From positions 135,762 through 199,761 of the forward strand of contig JAIYDZ010000006.1 of the NCBI GenBank assembly GCA_027487215.1: a stretch of DNA of 64,000 nt, in the 5' to 3' direction. Within the stretch, counting starts at the first letter, position 1; the number at the start of each line of letters is the position of its first letter. Position numbers and translations under genes: made by a program. Under the pieces are notes generated by a model. The model was not told where the DNA came from and ran no database searches. It was given only the letters and a program-made list of their open reading frames with translations. Below are positions 37,739-47,188 of this stretch, piece after piece. This DNA comes from Pseudomonadota bacterium (GTDB taxonomy: Bacteria; Babelota; Babeliae; Babelales; CAIQNR01).

Positions 37739-38760
37739 AGCGGACGATCTGCTGTGTTGCAGGAAAATCAGGCGGACACATTATTCCCTGTCTTAATCAA
37801 GCTCTTACACGTATCAAACAGGATCCTGAACAACAGGTTCTTTTTTTTAGTACAACCTCTACACTTGACCGTCAAATTGCACAAAATTATTCATGCATTA
37901 CACAGCATGTTCCCCTTGCGTTACAAAATATTCCTTACAAACGCTGGTGGAGATTTCCACTATTTGTTTGGAGTTTTATCAGTTCATGCATAACGACATT
38001 TTCTTATTTGCGTAAATACAAACCTGAACTTGTTATGAGCACCGGTGGGGCATTAAGTATTCCAGTCTGTTTAATTGCACGCCTCATGGGCATACCTGTT
38101 GAACTGTATGAACTCAATGTAGTACCTGGAAAGGCAACAAAGTTTTTGTCCCGCTACGCATCGATAGTACATACCTGTTTTCCTGAAACAAAAAATTATC
38201 TTCCCGCTGTACAATGTGTCATGAGCCCCTATCCTTTAAATCCACGTTATTCGACACCAGGGCGTTCACGAGAAATAATTATGTCTGAGTATGGGCTCTC
38301 TGAACATAAAAAAACGGTTCTTATTTTGGGCGGATCACAAGGTTCTCAAACTTTAAATACGTTACTCCCGCAAGTACTGGGTCAAGTACCGGGCGCTTCT
38401 TATACCATTCAAGTTGTTCATCAGGCGGGACATAACGATCTGTATGGACCTCAAACTGCTTACCACAAAGCTGCTGTTGATGCCCGTGTTATTGCATTTC
38501 ATAATGCAATTCAAGAACTGTATACCATAGCAGATGTAGTCATCTGTAGATCAGGTGCAGGAAGCCTATTTGAAACATTACATTTTAACAAAAAGTGCAT
38601 TACCATTCCGCTTGAAGCTGATACCACGCTTCACCAAATTGATAATGCACAATCATTTGCTAATAATTACCCTGATTCGTTTGTCATGTTTAAACAATCA
38701 GAGATTCAAAATGACCCACAGCAATTTATTACTACTCTTGATCGTTTTTTACAGGAGTAG
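37735..38760 (+). CDS. murG: UDP-N-acetylglucosamine--N-acetylmuramyl-(pentapeptide) pyrophosphoryl-undecaprenol GlcNAc transferase
   Basis: AGKSGGHIIPCL, GGSQGS and CRSGAGSLFE motifs. ATGA overlap with the upstream gene. Confidence 0.9.
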   Translation: MKRTICCVAGKSGGHIIPCLNQALTRIKQDPEQQVLFFSTTSTLDRQIAQNYSCITQHVPLALQNIPYKRWWRFPLFVWSFISSCITTFSYLRKYKPELVMSTGGALSIPVCLIARLMGIPVELYELNVVPGKATKFLSRYASIVHTCFPETKNYLPAVQCVMSPYPLNPRYSTPGRSREIIMSEYGLSEHKKTVLILGGSQGSQTLNTLLPQVLGQVPGASYTIQVVHQAGHNDLYGPQTAYHKAAVDARVIAFHNAIQELYTIADVVICRSGAGSLFETLHFNKKCITIPLEADTTLHQIDNAQSFANNYPDSFVMFKQSEIQNDPQQFITTLDRFLQE

Positions 38761-40888
38761 AATCTTGCGTTTCTACTGGTTTTGGTTGAGAGATAATAAC
38801 TTTACCGGCAAGGTCAATTGTTTCTGAAGGCTGCCATGTCACGACCTGCTTTCCTGTTTTATCTTTGTAACCAGGAACAGAACCGTAGGTATAAACATAG
38901 TTATTAGTTCCCGCAGAATAAATGAGTGGAGCTTTAGTAATACTGTTAGGACCTGTTAAAATCATTCCAACCGCCTGCATTCCCAACGAAGAAAACGTTT
39001 TAGAAGAGGTATTATTTTTTACAAATAACTGTTCCATTCCATACTCTTGCAAAAACTTTTCAACCTGAGGGCGTAAGTTCTTTATTGCTTGGTTAATCGT
39101 TTGAGACTGCGCAGCTTTAGTCACCCAGTCTGCCAATGCTTTATAGGCAGCTGCCTGATCTTCATCTGAAATAATCTGATTTCCAGAACCATCTTGCGCA
39201 TTGCGACGCATATAACCACCCAGAGAGTGCACATAGAGATTGCTCAAAGTCACTTTTGGTGGGTACAATGTGTAATAGTATGGCCCTTGACCCGCACCAT
39301 ATGCAGTAAAAAGATCATAATTTAAAATAAACCCACTCACTCCCGATTGTGTGTCATTTATAAGTCCTTGATTTTCAGGAAGCTTATTTGCAAAAAGTGT
39401 ATTTTTAATCGTTTGTCCCAATTGTCCGTCTGTCACTTGTGTATTAAATTCCACACGAGCAGGCTTTGGGAGCTTTCCATCAATAAGATTTTGTAAAAAC
39501 TGTCGTGCCTTTTTTTCATCGATGGTATCAAGTGATACAATGTACAGTTCTGCTTTAGTTGTTTGTGGCGCGGTAGTTTTAATGTACTGCGAAAGATTAA
39601 GAACAAGTGACTGATCTTGAGATTCTTGAGATGACTTTTTATTCGAAAGATCAGTCGATTGCTTAGTTGTTTTTGAAGAAGTGGAACCGATAGGAGAACT
39701 ATCAATTTTTTCAGAACCTTCAAATTCAGTTTCTTGGACCGTAAGAAGTTCCTCAGAAGTTAAGTACTTACTCCCATCAATAGAAGGGCGCATGATATAC
39801 CACTCAACGGCTTTACCTGCTGGGATTTGTACCATCACGGTATCATTTACTGAAAATGTTTTATTTGACCATCCTGGGGTACTGTAGACGCACCAGACAG
39901 AACGAGAACCTTGGTCAATTGAAATACTGGTAAGAAGCTGGCCCTCTTGCACCGGTGATGTTGCTTGAGCAGCTGACGTGTTCCATACACTACATCTTAT
40001 CGGAGTAATATTGCGCACACGTTTATTGGTAGGTTGTGTGTAATTACCGGGGTTAAATCCTGCCGTAACAACTTTGGTAACTGCTTTACCTGATTTATCG
40101 ACATTTTCAATAATTTCATGATGGTATTGAAGTGGCATTACATTTGTCCAGACCCCTTTGTCTTCTTTTCCTGTAGCAAGACCTGCACTCAGTACAGAAA
40201 TTTTTCCCGCAGTTCCACAGTCAATAAATGCAGCATCTTTAACAGGACGCATACAATGAGGAATATCTTTGTCTGACTGCAACATATTATGAGAATCTTT
40301 ATCAAGAACAACAGAAAAACGTTGCCCTGCGTAGTCAAATGAAACGGTCTGCACCGTTGAAAGACTATTATAAATTGACCCTAAATAAAGATCAGTTGTT
40401 GTATATCCTTTGCCAATATTTTCAGCAGCAATCCCAGCCTTGGTTTCAAACACATGAAAGTGATAAATCGTTTTGTCATGCTTAGCCGCAAGTTTAGTAA
40501 TACTTTCAGTAAAGCTCCCTTCTGGCCACTTTAACTCAACATCAAGATAAAGGTTTAATGCATTAAACCCTGTCTGACCAGTATCTTGAGACGGAGTAAG
40601 AGTCATCTCTTTAATTGTTCCTTTGCGCGCCTTAATTCCTTGAAAAGATTTAATACGATGCGCTTGAACCGTCACTGATTCTGATGAATCATTAAAAACT
40701 CGAAAAGAATATTCATAATCAGGTGGATTCATGCCAAAACTTTCAGCCATTCCCATGCCAAAGCTCTTAACACTATCCCCAATACCCGTCATAGTACTTT
40801 TAAACTCTCCCCACGTACTTTTTGCATGTACAGAGAATGAAAGAGTTCCACACAAAAGTAGTCCCACCCTAATGACACGATGCACCAT
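38732..40888 (-). CDS. Large hypothetical secreted protein (718 aa)
   Basis: AAGGAG precedes the ATG at 40888. MVHRVIRVGLLLCGTLSFSVHA looks like a signal peptide. The sequence is beta-rich with a central S/T/Q-rich linker. I recognise no family. Confidence 0.7.
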   Translation of the reverse strand: MVHRVIRVGLLLCGTLSFSVHAKSTWGEFKSTMTGIGDSVKSFGMGMAESFGMNPPDYEYSFRVFNDSSESVTVQAHRIKSFQGIKARKGTIKEMTLTPSQDTGQTGFNALNLYLDVELKWPEGSFTESITKLAAKHDKTIYHFHVFETKAGIAAENIGKGYTTTDLYLGSIYNSLSTVQTVSFDYAGQRFSVVLDKDSHNMLQSDKDIPHCMRPVKDAAFIDCGTAGKISVLSAGLATGKEDKGVWTNVMPLQYHHEIIENVDKSGKAVTKVVTAGFNPGNYTQPTNKRVRNITPIRCSVWNTSAAQATSPVQEGQLLTSISIDQGSRSVWCVYSTPGWSNKTFSVNDTVMVQIPAGKAVEWYIMRPSIDGSKYLTSEELLTVQETEFEGSEKIDSSPIGSTSSKTTKQSTDLSNKKSSQESQDQSLVLNLSQYIKTTAPQTTKAELYIVSLDTIDEKKARQFLQNLIDGKLPKPARVEFNTQVTDGQLGQTIKNTLFANKLPENQGLINDTQSGVSGFILNYDLFTAYGAGQGPYYYTLYPPKVTLSNLYVHSLGGYMRRNAQDGSGNQIISDEDQAAAYKALADWVTKAAQSQTINQAIKNLRPQVEKFLQEYGMEQLFVKNNTSSKTFSSLGMQAVGMILTGPNSITKAPLIYSAGTNNYVYTYGSVPGYKDKTGKQVVTWQPSETIDLAGKVIISQPKPVETQDSTPVKNDQE

Positions 40889-40959
40889 GCGCAGCTCCTT
40901 TTTCTGATATAGCATGTACTAAGGTGTATAAAACGGTTTAAAGCCGTGTCAATAAAGCA

Positions 40960-42876
40960 TCAGACAAGTAAGGCAAATACCTGAGACCCTGAACACTCAG
41001 AAACAATTTTACCTGTCTGAATATCTGCAAATACTCGCGTAAGTGATGAATCATGAGAGAACTGCTTAGTGTTTGTTGGTATACCTTTGTGGTAATCAAG
41101 CCAAATTGGATACGCAGTATAAAGTGGAAAAACATCTTGCCCCATAGATCGGTTATCATCATAACCAACATAAGCAACAGTAGTAAGCTCTGGTGTTGAA
41201 CCTGCAAACCAACACGTTCGTGAATCATTAGTAGTCCCTGTCTTACCAATTGCATCAGAATCAATCCATTTGCCGTCTACACGTTTCTTATATCGATCAA
41301 AACCAAAGCCAAGCACTTGAGCAACCTGATGAGCTATACGCGGCTCCATAACGTGCTCACGTATCGGTTCAGCTTTATAAATTTTTACACCCCAACGATC
41401 TTTTACCCATTCAATAAGATGTGGTTGTACAAATTCTCCATTATTTGCAAACACATTAAACATGCCTGCAACTTCAACTGCAGTACTGTCAACACATCCT
41501 AGAGCAAGCGAAGGATACGGCAGCAAAGGTCCTTTAATATGACATCGCTGAGCAAGATCAACAACAGATTGAGCGCCTACAGCAAGAAGAGTTTTTATAG
41601 TAATAATATTGTTTGAATAAGAAAGTGCACTAGCAAGAGTCATAGAACCTTCAAATTTTGAATTGTAATTTTTGGGCTGCCAAAGCTCAGCACCCTGTTG
41701 CATTACAAAAGGTTCATCAACGGCAGTATCAAGAAACGATATCCCTTTTTGTAATGCCGTTGCATACACAAACGGTTTAAACACCGATCCTTGCTGACGA
41801 CGCGCTTGCAGAGCACGATTGAATTGTGACTGACTAAATGAAGCACCTCCAACTAACGCTCTAATCATTCCTGTTTTAACATCAATACTTATAAAAGCTC
41901 CTTCAATGACTTGCCCGATTTCCCGTTTTAAACGCTCTATCTGAGTTGCAAATACTTCTTGAGCATGTTTTTGTGCACGACGATTAAGGGTTGTTTTTAT
42001 GCGAAGTCCACCAGCATAAACTCGTTGTTTACCAAAGAGTGCTTCTACATATCCCCGAATAGTTTCTCGGGCATGAGGTGCAAACTGATGTGCCTCCTGG
42101 TCTTTTACATCAAGCAAACAAAGCTGTTGCGCGCGCAACGCTTCATACTGCGCCTGAGTAATATACAAACATTTGCGCATTTGATTTAAAACAACATTTC
42201 TTCTTTCTTGCGCTGATAAGGGACAACGAATAGGAGAATAACGACCAGGAGATCGCACCATACCTGCAAGCAAGGCTGATTGAACCAATGAAAGCTCTGA
42301 AGTTGAAATACCCCAAAAGCGTTGGGCTGCTGCCTCTACGCCATAAATACCGTGACCAAAATATACGTGGTTTAAATAGGTCTCTAGAATCTGTTGTTTA
42401 GTAAACTGTTGTTCAACGAGTAAAGAATAGAACTGCTCATGCAACTTACGTTTAAATGTCCTTTTTGAATCAAAAAAAAGTAACTTTACCAGCTGCTGAG
42501 TAATAGTGCTTGCACCCTGAACAATTCCACCACGAGAGATATTAACCACTGTAGAACGAATAATGCCTTTAAAAGAAATTCCTGAATGCTTGAAAAATTT
42601 CCAATCTTCTGCTGCAACAAATGCATTAATTAGATGTTGAGGAAACTGTGAATACGGAACAGGCTGACGACGGTCCAACTGAAAGCGAGCCCACTCATTA
42701 CCTTCATCATCAAGAAGTAACGTTGGCTTGCCCGGATCGTACCGCTCCAACACTGAGAAATCAACGGTGTAATTACTTGTCACATACAAAGCCATACCCC
42801 ATAAAAAAGCTCCGCCACACAGTGCTGTGACTAAGGTAATCTTAGTAAATGAAAGTAACCACTTTTTAATAACCAT
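40960..42876 (-). CDS. mrcA: Class A penicillin-binding protein (transglycosylase + transpeptidase)
   Basis: GT51 motifs (AAEDWKFFKHSG, GASTITQQLVK), and transpeptidase SxxK (GSVFKPF), SxN (SYSNN) and KTG (GKTGTTND) motifs. Confidence 0.9.
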   Translation of the reverse strand: MVIKKWLLSFTKITLVTALCGGAFLWGMALYVTSNYTVDFSVLERYDPGKPTLLLDDEGNEWARFQLDRRQPVPYSQFPQHLINAFVAAEDWKFFKHSGISFKGIIRSTVVNISRGGIVQGASTITQQLVKLLFFDSKRTFKRKLHEQFYSLLVEQQFTKQQILETYLNHVYFGHGIYGVEAAAQRFWGISTSELSLVQSALLAGMVRSPGRYSPIRCPLSAQERRNVVLNQMRKCLYITQAQYEALRAQQLCLLDVKDQEAHQFAPHARETIRGYVEALFGKQRVYAGGLRIKTTLNRRAQKHAQEVFATQIERLKREIGQVIEGAFISIDVKTGMIRALVGGASFSQSQFNRALQARRQQGSVFKPFVYATALQKGISFLDTAVDEPFVMQQGAELWQPKNYNSKFEGSMTLASALSYSNNIITIKTLLAVGAQSVVDLAQRCHIKGPLLPYPSLALGCVDSTAVEVAGMFNVFANNGEFVQPHLIEWVKDRWGVKIYKAEPIREHVMEPRIAHQVAQVLGFGFDRYKKRVDGKWIDSDAIGKTGTTNDSRTCWFAGSTPELTTVAYVGYDDNRSMGQDVFPLYTAYPIWLDYHKGIPTNTKQFSHDSSLTRVFADIQTGKIVSECSGSQVFALLV

Positions 42877-42979
42877 TCATGCTAACTTTTTTTAAATGAC
42901 TAGAACTTCATGTAATAGACAAAGACCTTAATACAAGGATCTTTAGTATAAAGCATAAGAGAAAGTTAGTAACCTTTTA

Positions 42980-43336
42980 TCAAGCAATAACTGGAGTTAA
43001 TTGAACATTGTTTTTTGATCGACTTTTTAAATAAGAATACACACCGTATCCTACAGCAGCGCTAAAAACAACCACCGCTGCAACTTTTACTGCGTGATCA
43101 AGAGAATCAATAGAATAGCCAGCTTCTAGACATTTCCTGCACAGATATCGCGCTGTCCACTCACCTGCTTGGGCTGAAAGATAATAGGAAAATACCGCTA
43201 GTTCCACTTTTTCCTCTATCGGACACAAAGTGCCTTTTACATAATTAGTGTAATGCACTGTATCAGTAGTAACTTCGATACTATTAACAGGAATAAAAAT
43301 CATAAGACTAAAAGAAAAAATAATTTTTTTAATCAT
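42980..43336 (-). CDS. Small exported protein with a C-terminal TM anchor
   Basis: Signal-like N-terminus MIKKIIFSFSLMIFIPVNS and a C-terminal segment VAAVVVFSAAVGYGVYSYLKSRSKNN. Confidence 0.55.
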   Translation of the reverse strand: MIKKIIFSFSLMIFIPVNSIEVTTDTVHYTNYVKGTLCPIEEKVELAVFSYYLSAQAGEWTARYLCRKCLEAGYSIDSLDHAVKVAAVVVFSAAVGYGVYSYLKSRSKNNVQLTPVIA

Positions 43337-43361
43337 TAGAAAAGACCTTTCTCTTCTTGTA

Positions 43362-43392
43362 CAAAAAAGGACCTTAATAAGCGGTCCTTTCT
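43362..43392 (-). terminator. Rho-independent terminator between the two tail-anchored paralogs
   Basis: On the minus strand: GGACC gcttattaa GGTCC followed by T6. Confidence 0.65.
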
Positions 43393-43414
43393 TGTAAAGC
43401 TTAAGAAGAATTAA

Positions 43415-44065
43415 TTATGCTCTGCGCACAACTACTTCTTCGTTTTTTGAATTATTTTGATAATACTTGTAGTAAGCAATAGCTCCAACAACTCCAGCAG
43501 TTGCGACAACTACAGCAACTTTTGTTTTAGTATCAAATGCATCAACATAGGCCACTGCATCTTGTCCTGCTACATACGTTTTATGAGTAAAATCAGAAAA
43601 TACTGTTTTAATATAAGGCAAATATGAAGTAGGTGCTGTTTGTAAAGCTGCTCCAAACGATGATTCTACGGGTACTTGTGCAGTCGCAAGAATTGCCGAT
43701 TTATGAGTAACATCTTCAAGTATTTTGACACTTGCGCCTGTGACAGTATCAATTTTTGCACATGCATCTTTAGTTACTTCAATAACAGCTAGCCCCATTG
43801 CTTTTCCAGTCTCAGCAATTTCATAAGCCCCTTGAGCAGCTTTTTGAGTCAAAGCTTCAACTGCCGCGTCAGCTGCATGAGTAACCTGTTTAATTTCTTC
43901 TACCCCAGCAGCAACCACTTGTTGTTTTTCTGCAGTTACTACGTTGGAAATTAATTCTACACCTTGTTTGAATTTCTCATTAAGATAGTCTCCAACACTA
44001 ACAGCTTTAACCTGACCACCTACCAAACCACATGTTAAAACAATTGCAACAAATGAGTTTTTCAT
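43415..44065 (-). CDS. Exported Ala/Val-rich helical protein with a C-terminal TM anchor
   Basis: Signal peptide MKNSFVAIVLTCGLVGGQVKA and a C-terminal segment VAVVVATAGVVGAIAYYKYYQNNSKNEE that resembles the neighbour's. Confidence 0.6.
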   Translation of the reverse strand: MKNSFVAIVLTCGLVGGQVKAVSVGDYLNEKFKQGVELISNVVTAEKQQVVAAGVEEIKQVTHAADAAVEALTQKAAQGAYEIAETGKAMGLAVIEVTKDACAKIDTVTGASVKILEDVTHKSAILATAQVPVESSFGAALQTAPTSYLPYIKTVFSDFTHKTYVAGQDAVAYVDAFDTKTKVAVVVATAGVVGAIAYYKYYQNNSKNEEVVVRRA

Positions 44066-44162
44066 ATAAGACTCCTAATAGTGAAAACATTATAAGATCT
44101 TAAAAAACCTCCTCACGGTAACAGAAAACGTTCGTTTTGCAACACTTGAAAAAATTTAAGCC

Positions 44163-44621
44163 ATGAAAAAAATTATTACCAGTTTACTGCTCTTCTTTCT
44201 CTCATTTATTACCGATTCAGCAACTTACTATTTTTTAGCATTTCCTTATGCACACGCTCTCCTTGTTTATACCATTGTTACTTTTTTAAGTACTCACCAC
44301 TGGCTTCCTTTTATACTCGGGATAACAGCTCTTACCTTCCAAGGTTTTTTACTTTACGACGTAGTAGGTATCAACTACCTCTATTTGATACCGCTTTTTA
44401 TGATAATTGGGATACTTAAACAGTTTCTTCACTCACGGCTCCTTGTTGCAACAAGCGGACTGATTACAGCTATCACATTTGAAACATTTTTTTTAGTGCT
44501 ATGTAAAGGCTCTGCCTGGCCCTCTTTTGCCTATACTTTTATCCAAATTGGTGTTAATTTAATACTGTCATATAGGTATTTGAAATGTTTTCCCACAGCA
44601 GGACGAGGCAATCGCTTTTAG
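44163..44621 (+). CDS. Small polytopic membrane protein (MreD-like size and topology, unverified)
   Basis: 152 aa with 4-5 TM segments. The last roughly 32 nt overlap the 5' end of RNase P RNA. Confidence 0.5.
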   Translation: MKKIITSLLLFFLSFITDSATYYFLAFPYAHALLVYTIVTFLSTHHWLPFILGITALTFQGFLLYDVVGINYLYLIPLFMIIGILKQFLHSRLLVATSGLITAITFETFFLVLCKGSAWPSFAYTFIQIGVNLILSYRYLKCFPTAGRGNRF

Positions 44622-44955
44622 GCTTGCTTAAGAGAGGAAAGTCCGGACTCCTAACAAACAAGATGCCGTGAAAAGATGGTTAAATCATTATAGTCACGGA
44701 AAGCGCGAGCTTATGGAAAGTGCCACAGAAAATAACCGCCTGTAAAAGGGTAAGGGTGAAAACGTGCGGTAAGAGCGCACGAGTTGGCTTAGTAATAAGT
44801 TGACGGGGTAAACCCCATTTGGAGCAAGGCAAAATAGGCGTGGACGGTTGTTTGTTCCGGTTTTAACACGCGGGTATGTCGCTCAGATACATGGTTGCCG
44901 CACAGTGCCTTAAAACACTGCGTACAGAATCCGGCTTATTGTCAAGCTGTGGGAA
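44590..44955 (+). ncRNA. rnpB: RNase P RNA, bacterial type A
   Basis: Universal P4 strands GAGGAAAGTCCGG (44633..) and ACAGAATCCGGCTTA (44925..). GGTAAGGGTGAAA, GCGGTAAGAGCGCAC and GGAGCAAGGC are also present. A perfect 10-bp P1 pairs TTCCCACAGC (44590..44599) with GCTGTGGGAA (44946..44955). Confidence 0.9.
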
Positions 44956-44983
44956 GCGCTTAACTGATTGATAAGTAACACTC

Positions 44984-45703
44984 ATGAATCCAGTTTATGA
45001 AAAATCTTTTATTGCTCGGTATTCATGGACCATTCCTTTTCTATGCGTCTTTGCAGGATATTTTACTGTTAAATTTTTAACTCCTCATAGATTTGTCACT
45101 ATGCCTCAACTGATAGGTACGTCATTGCACGAAGGTCTTGCGCTAGTGGCACCACTGCAACTCAATGTGCGCTTGCTAACTCAAAAAGAAAATATTCATG
45201 TAAAAGAAGGCACTATCATCAGTCAAACCCCGACTGTTGGGCAATCTATTAAACCACATCAAACGGTATACCTTGTAACTACCAAACATCCTGGAAAACA
45301 AAGAGCTCCTTATATCGTGGGAATGAATAGTGAGGAAGCAAAAAAACTGCTTACTGCTAAAAAAATTTCTTATAAGCTGTATCCCGTTTCTTCTGAACAA
45401 AAAACAAACACCTGCGTAGCACAAATTCCATCAGAAGGAACACCACTTACCGATGCCTGCATGGTTCTCTATTATTCACATACTACTTGCTTAGACCTGG
45501 TTATCGTTCCTTCATTTGTTGGTAAAACAATGGAAGAAGTTATTCCTTTTCTTGCTCGGTACGAAATACAACCACAAGTTTTTCATACCCATTCTCATAC
45601 AGGTCATGCACAATGCACTGACTGCATCATCAAAGAACAACGCCCTCTTGCAGGTACCTTAATCGATCTTCACAAACCACTCTCAGTACAACTGAAAGTA
45701 TAA
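44984..45703 (+). CDS. Membrane-anchored protein with three PASTA domains and no kinase or PBP domain
   Basis: An N-terminal TM segment, then three repeats of about 65 aa: MPQLIGTSLHEGLA..ISQTPTVGQSIKPHQTVYLV, PYIVGMNSEEAKKLL..AQIPSEGTPL, and VPSFVGKTMEEVIPFL..KEQRPLAGTLI. Confidence 0.75.
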   Translation: MNPVYEKSFIARYSWTIPFLCVFAGYFTVKFLTPHRFVTMPQLIGTSLHEGLALVAPLQLNVRLLTQKENIHVKEGTIISQTPTVGQSIKPHQTVYLVTTKHPGKQRAPYIVGMNSEEAKKLLTAKKISYKLYPVSSEQKTNTCVAQIPSEGTPLTDACMVLYYSHTTCLDLVIVPSFVGKTMEEVIPFLARYEIQPQVFHTHSHTGHAQCTDCIIKEQRPLAGTLIDLHKPLSVQLKV

Positions 45704-45789
45704 ACCTTGTAATTCCTGCATAAAACGCAGTACCTTTTTTTATACTTCCCCGATTAAGAAAAACCCTTTTGCAAGCAAGGATATAACCC

Positions 45790-46407
45790 ATGCGTAATTA
45801 CTTGGTTATGGCCCCCTTACTCATTTTTTCTTCTGCATGTGCAGACATTTCATCGCTTGTGCAACGTCTTGAACTTTTTCACACACAGGCAGGAAACCGC
45901 GGCATTACAATCCCACAAGCTATGTACATATTTAATGAAACACTGAGCGAACTTGATCGGATTAACCAAGCACTTGACCCAATTGCCATCTCTGCCAATC
46001 AAGCCGTACAAGCAATGCTGATACTAAGCGCTGATATTAATAATGTATGCAAACAAATGAATCAACTGTGCGATAAACAACTGAATAAAATTTCTTCAAA
46101 ACTAACTACTAAAAAGGCCAGTCGCATTCCTGTTATTGAACGCGCAGTAAAAAAAGTACAAATTACCATCGCAAAGTTTGCTCTCAAAAAAAGAGCCGCA
46201 CTTCCTGATGTTGTCGACGCACTTGAAACTATTTTAACTGAAATGCGGGTCATAGAAGATGGTTTAAGAGATCTTATTGCTTGTTCTAACAGAGCAGCTG
46301 TATTAACTGTTACAACAGTATTGTCTCTAGGAATGATTAGCGAACGCATGTGCGACATGGTTGGAACATCTGATGGAGACTGTGCTCCACTACCATATGA
46401 CTTGTAA
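45790..46407 (+). CDS. Secreted helical protein, paralog pair member 1
   Basis: Signal peptide. It aligns with the next gene (..PVIERAVKKVQITI..VVDALETILTEMRVIEDGLRDL.. versus ..TVVEKAITRIEKAL..IVEALEVAITEITHVRDELRNL..). Confidence 0.6.
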   Translation: MRNYLVMAPLLIFSSACADISSLVQRLELFHTQAGNRGITIPQAMYIFNETLSELDRINQALDPIAISANQAVQAMLILSADINNVCKQMNQLCDKQLNKISSKLTTKKASRIPVIERAVKKVQITIAKFALKKRAALPDVVDALETILTEMRVIEDGLRDLIACSNRAAVLTVTTVLSLGMISERMCDMVGTSDGDCAPLPYDL

Positions 46408-46491
46408 CCATTGATGCTTAAAAAGGTTTTATTTATACTTGGCCGGATCTTAAAAAGTGATAATGTATCACCTGATTGAAAGGAATTTCTT

Positions 46492-47142
46492 ATGAAAAAA
46501 CTCTTATTGTGGTTTTCGCCTCTTCTTCTTTTATCGACCGCACATGCAATGCATACTCCTTTAGATACCACTCTTAATAATCTTTTAAGATGCAAAGTAA
46601 GAACACACGATAGTTCTCTTCCAAACATCATCGATGTACTAAGCAAAGCACTTGTTGAAATGCATGCCTTAAGAACTGATCTTGAATTCCTTTGTGTACA
46701 AGCAACCGATGCAACAAGCGCAGTCCTTCAACTTTCATCTGAAATCAATAGAATTTCTGAAAGCGTTCATGGTCTTATTGGTGGCGATGCACAACGCGTT
46801 ATCTTAAAAACACAAGATTTAAAACCTCGTCAAATCACCGTCGTAGAAAAAGCAATCACACGTATTGAAAAAGCTCTTTCAATGACAACACGTGATGGCG
46901 CACTTAATCTTGTAAAAATTGTGGAAGCTCTTGAAGTAGCAATTACAGAAATTACTCACGTGCGCGATGAACTTCGCAACTTGAATGCTACTTCAGTACG
47001 TGCAATTGCAACTATTAACGGAACAGCTCTTGCTATTGCAACACTTGCACAACGTGTTGGTGTATTAGTTGGTGAAGAGTCAGCTCCTGAAACTGAAACT
47101 ACTACAGCTACCGCAGAAATTGCTCCAACAGAAGCTGCTTAA
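46492..47142 (+). CDS. Secreted helical protein, paralog pair member 2
   Basis: MKKLLLWFSPLLLLSTAHA signal peptide. Paralogous to 45790..46407. The tail is T/E/A-rich. Confidence 0.65.
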   Translation: MKKLLLWFSPLLLLSTAHAMHTPLDTTLNNLLRCKVRTHDSSLPNIIDVLSKALVEMHALRTDLEFLCVQATDATSAVLQLSSEINRISESVHGLIGGDAQRVILKTQDLKPRQITVVEKAITRIEKALSMTTRDGALNLVKIVEALEVAITEITHVRDELRNLNATSVRAIATINGTALAIATLAQRVGVLVGEESAPETETTTATAEIAPTEAA

Positions 47143-47164
47143 GTAAAGACCTCAAAAGACCTGA

Positions 47165-47186
47165 GGGGCCATCCGGCCCCTTTTTT
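47165..47186 (+). terminator. Rho-independent terminator between convergent genes
   Basis: GGGGCC atcc GGCCCC followed by T6. Confidence 0.8.
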
Positions 47187-47188
47187 AT

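Noticed and set aside
40938-41264. 108-aa minus-strand ORF overlapping the 3' end of the PBP gene
   Set aside because: It is an alternative frame of the strongly supported class A PBP.
46062-46646. 194-aa minus-strand ORF
   Set aside because: It is antisense to two plus-strand paralogs that have signal peptides, and it spans their intergenic region. Its composition is odd and it has no start context. I treat it as a shadow ORF.
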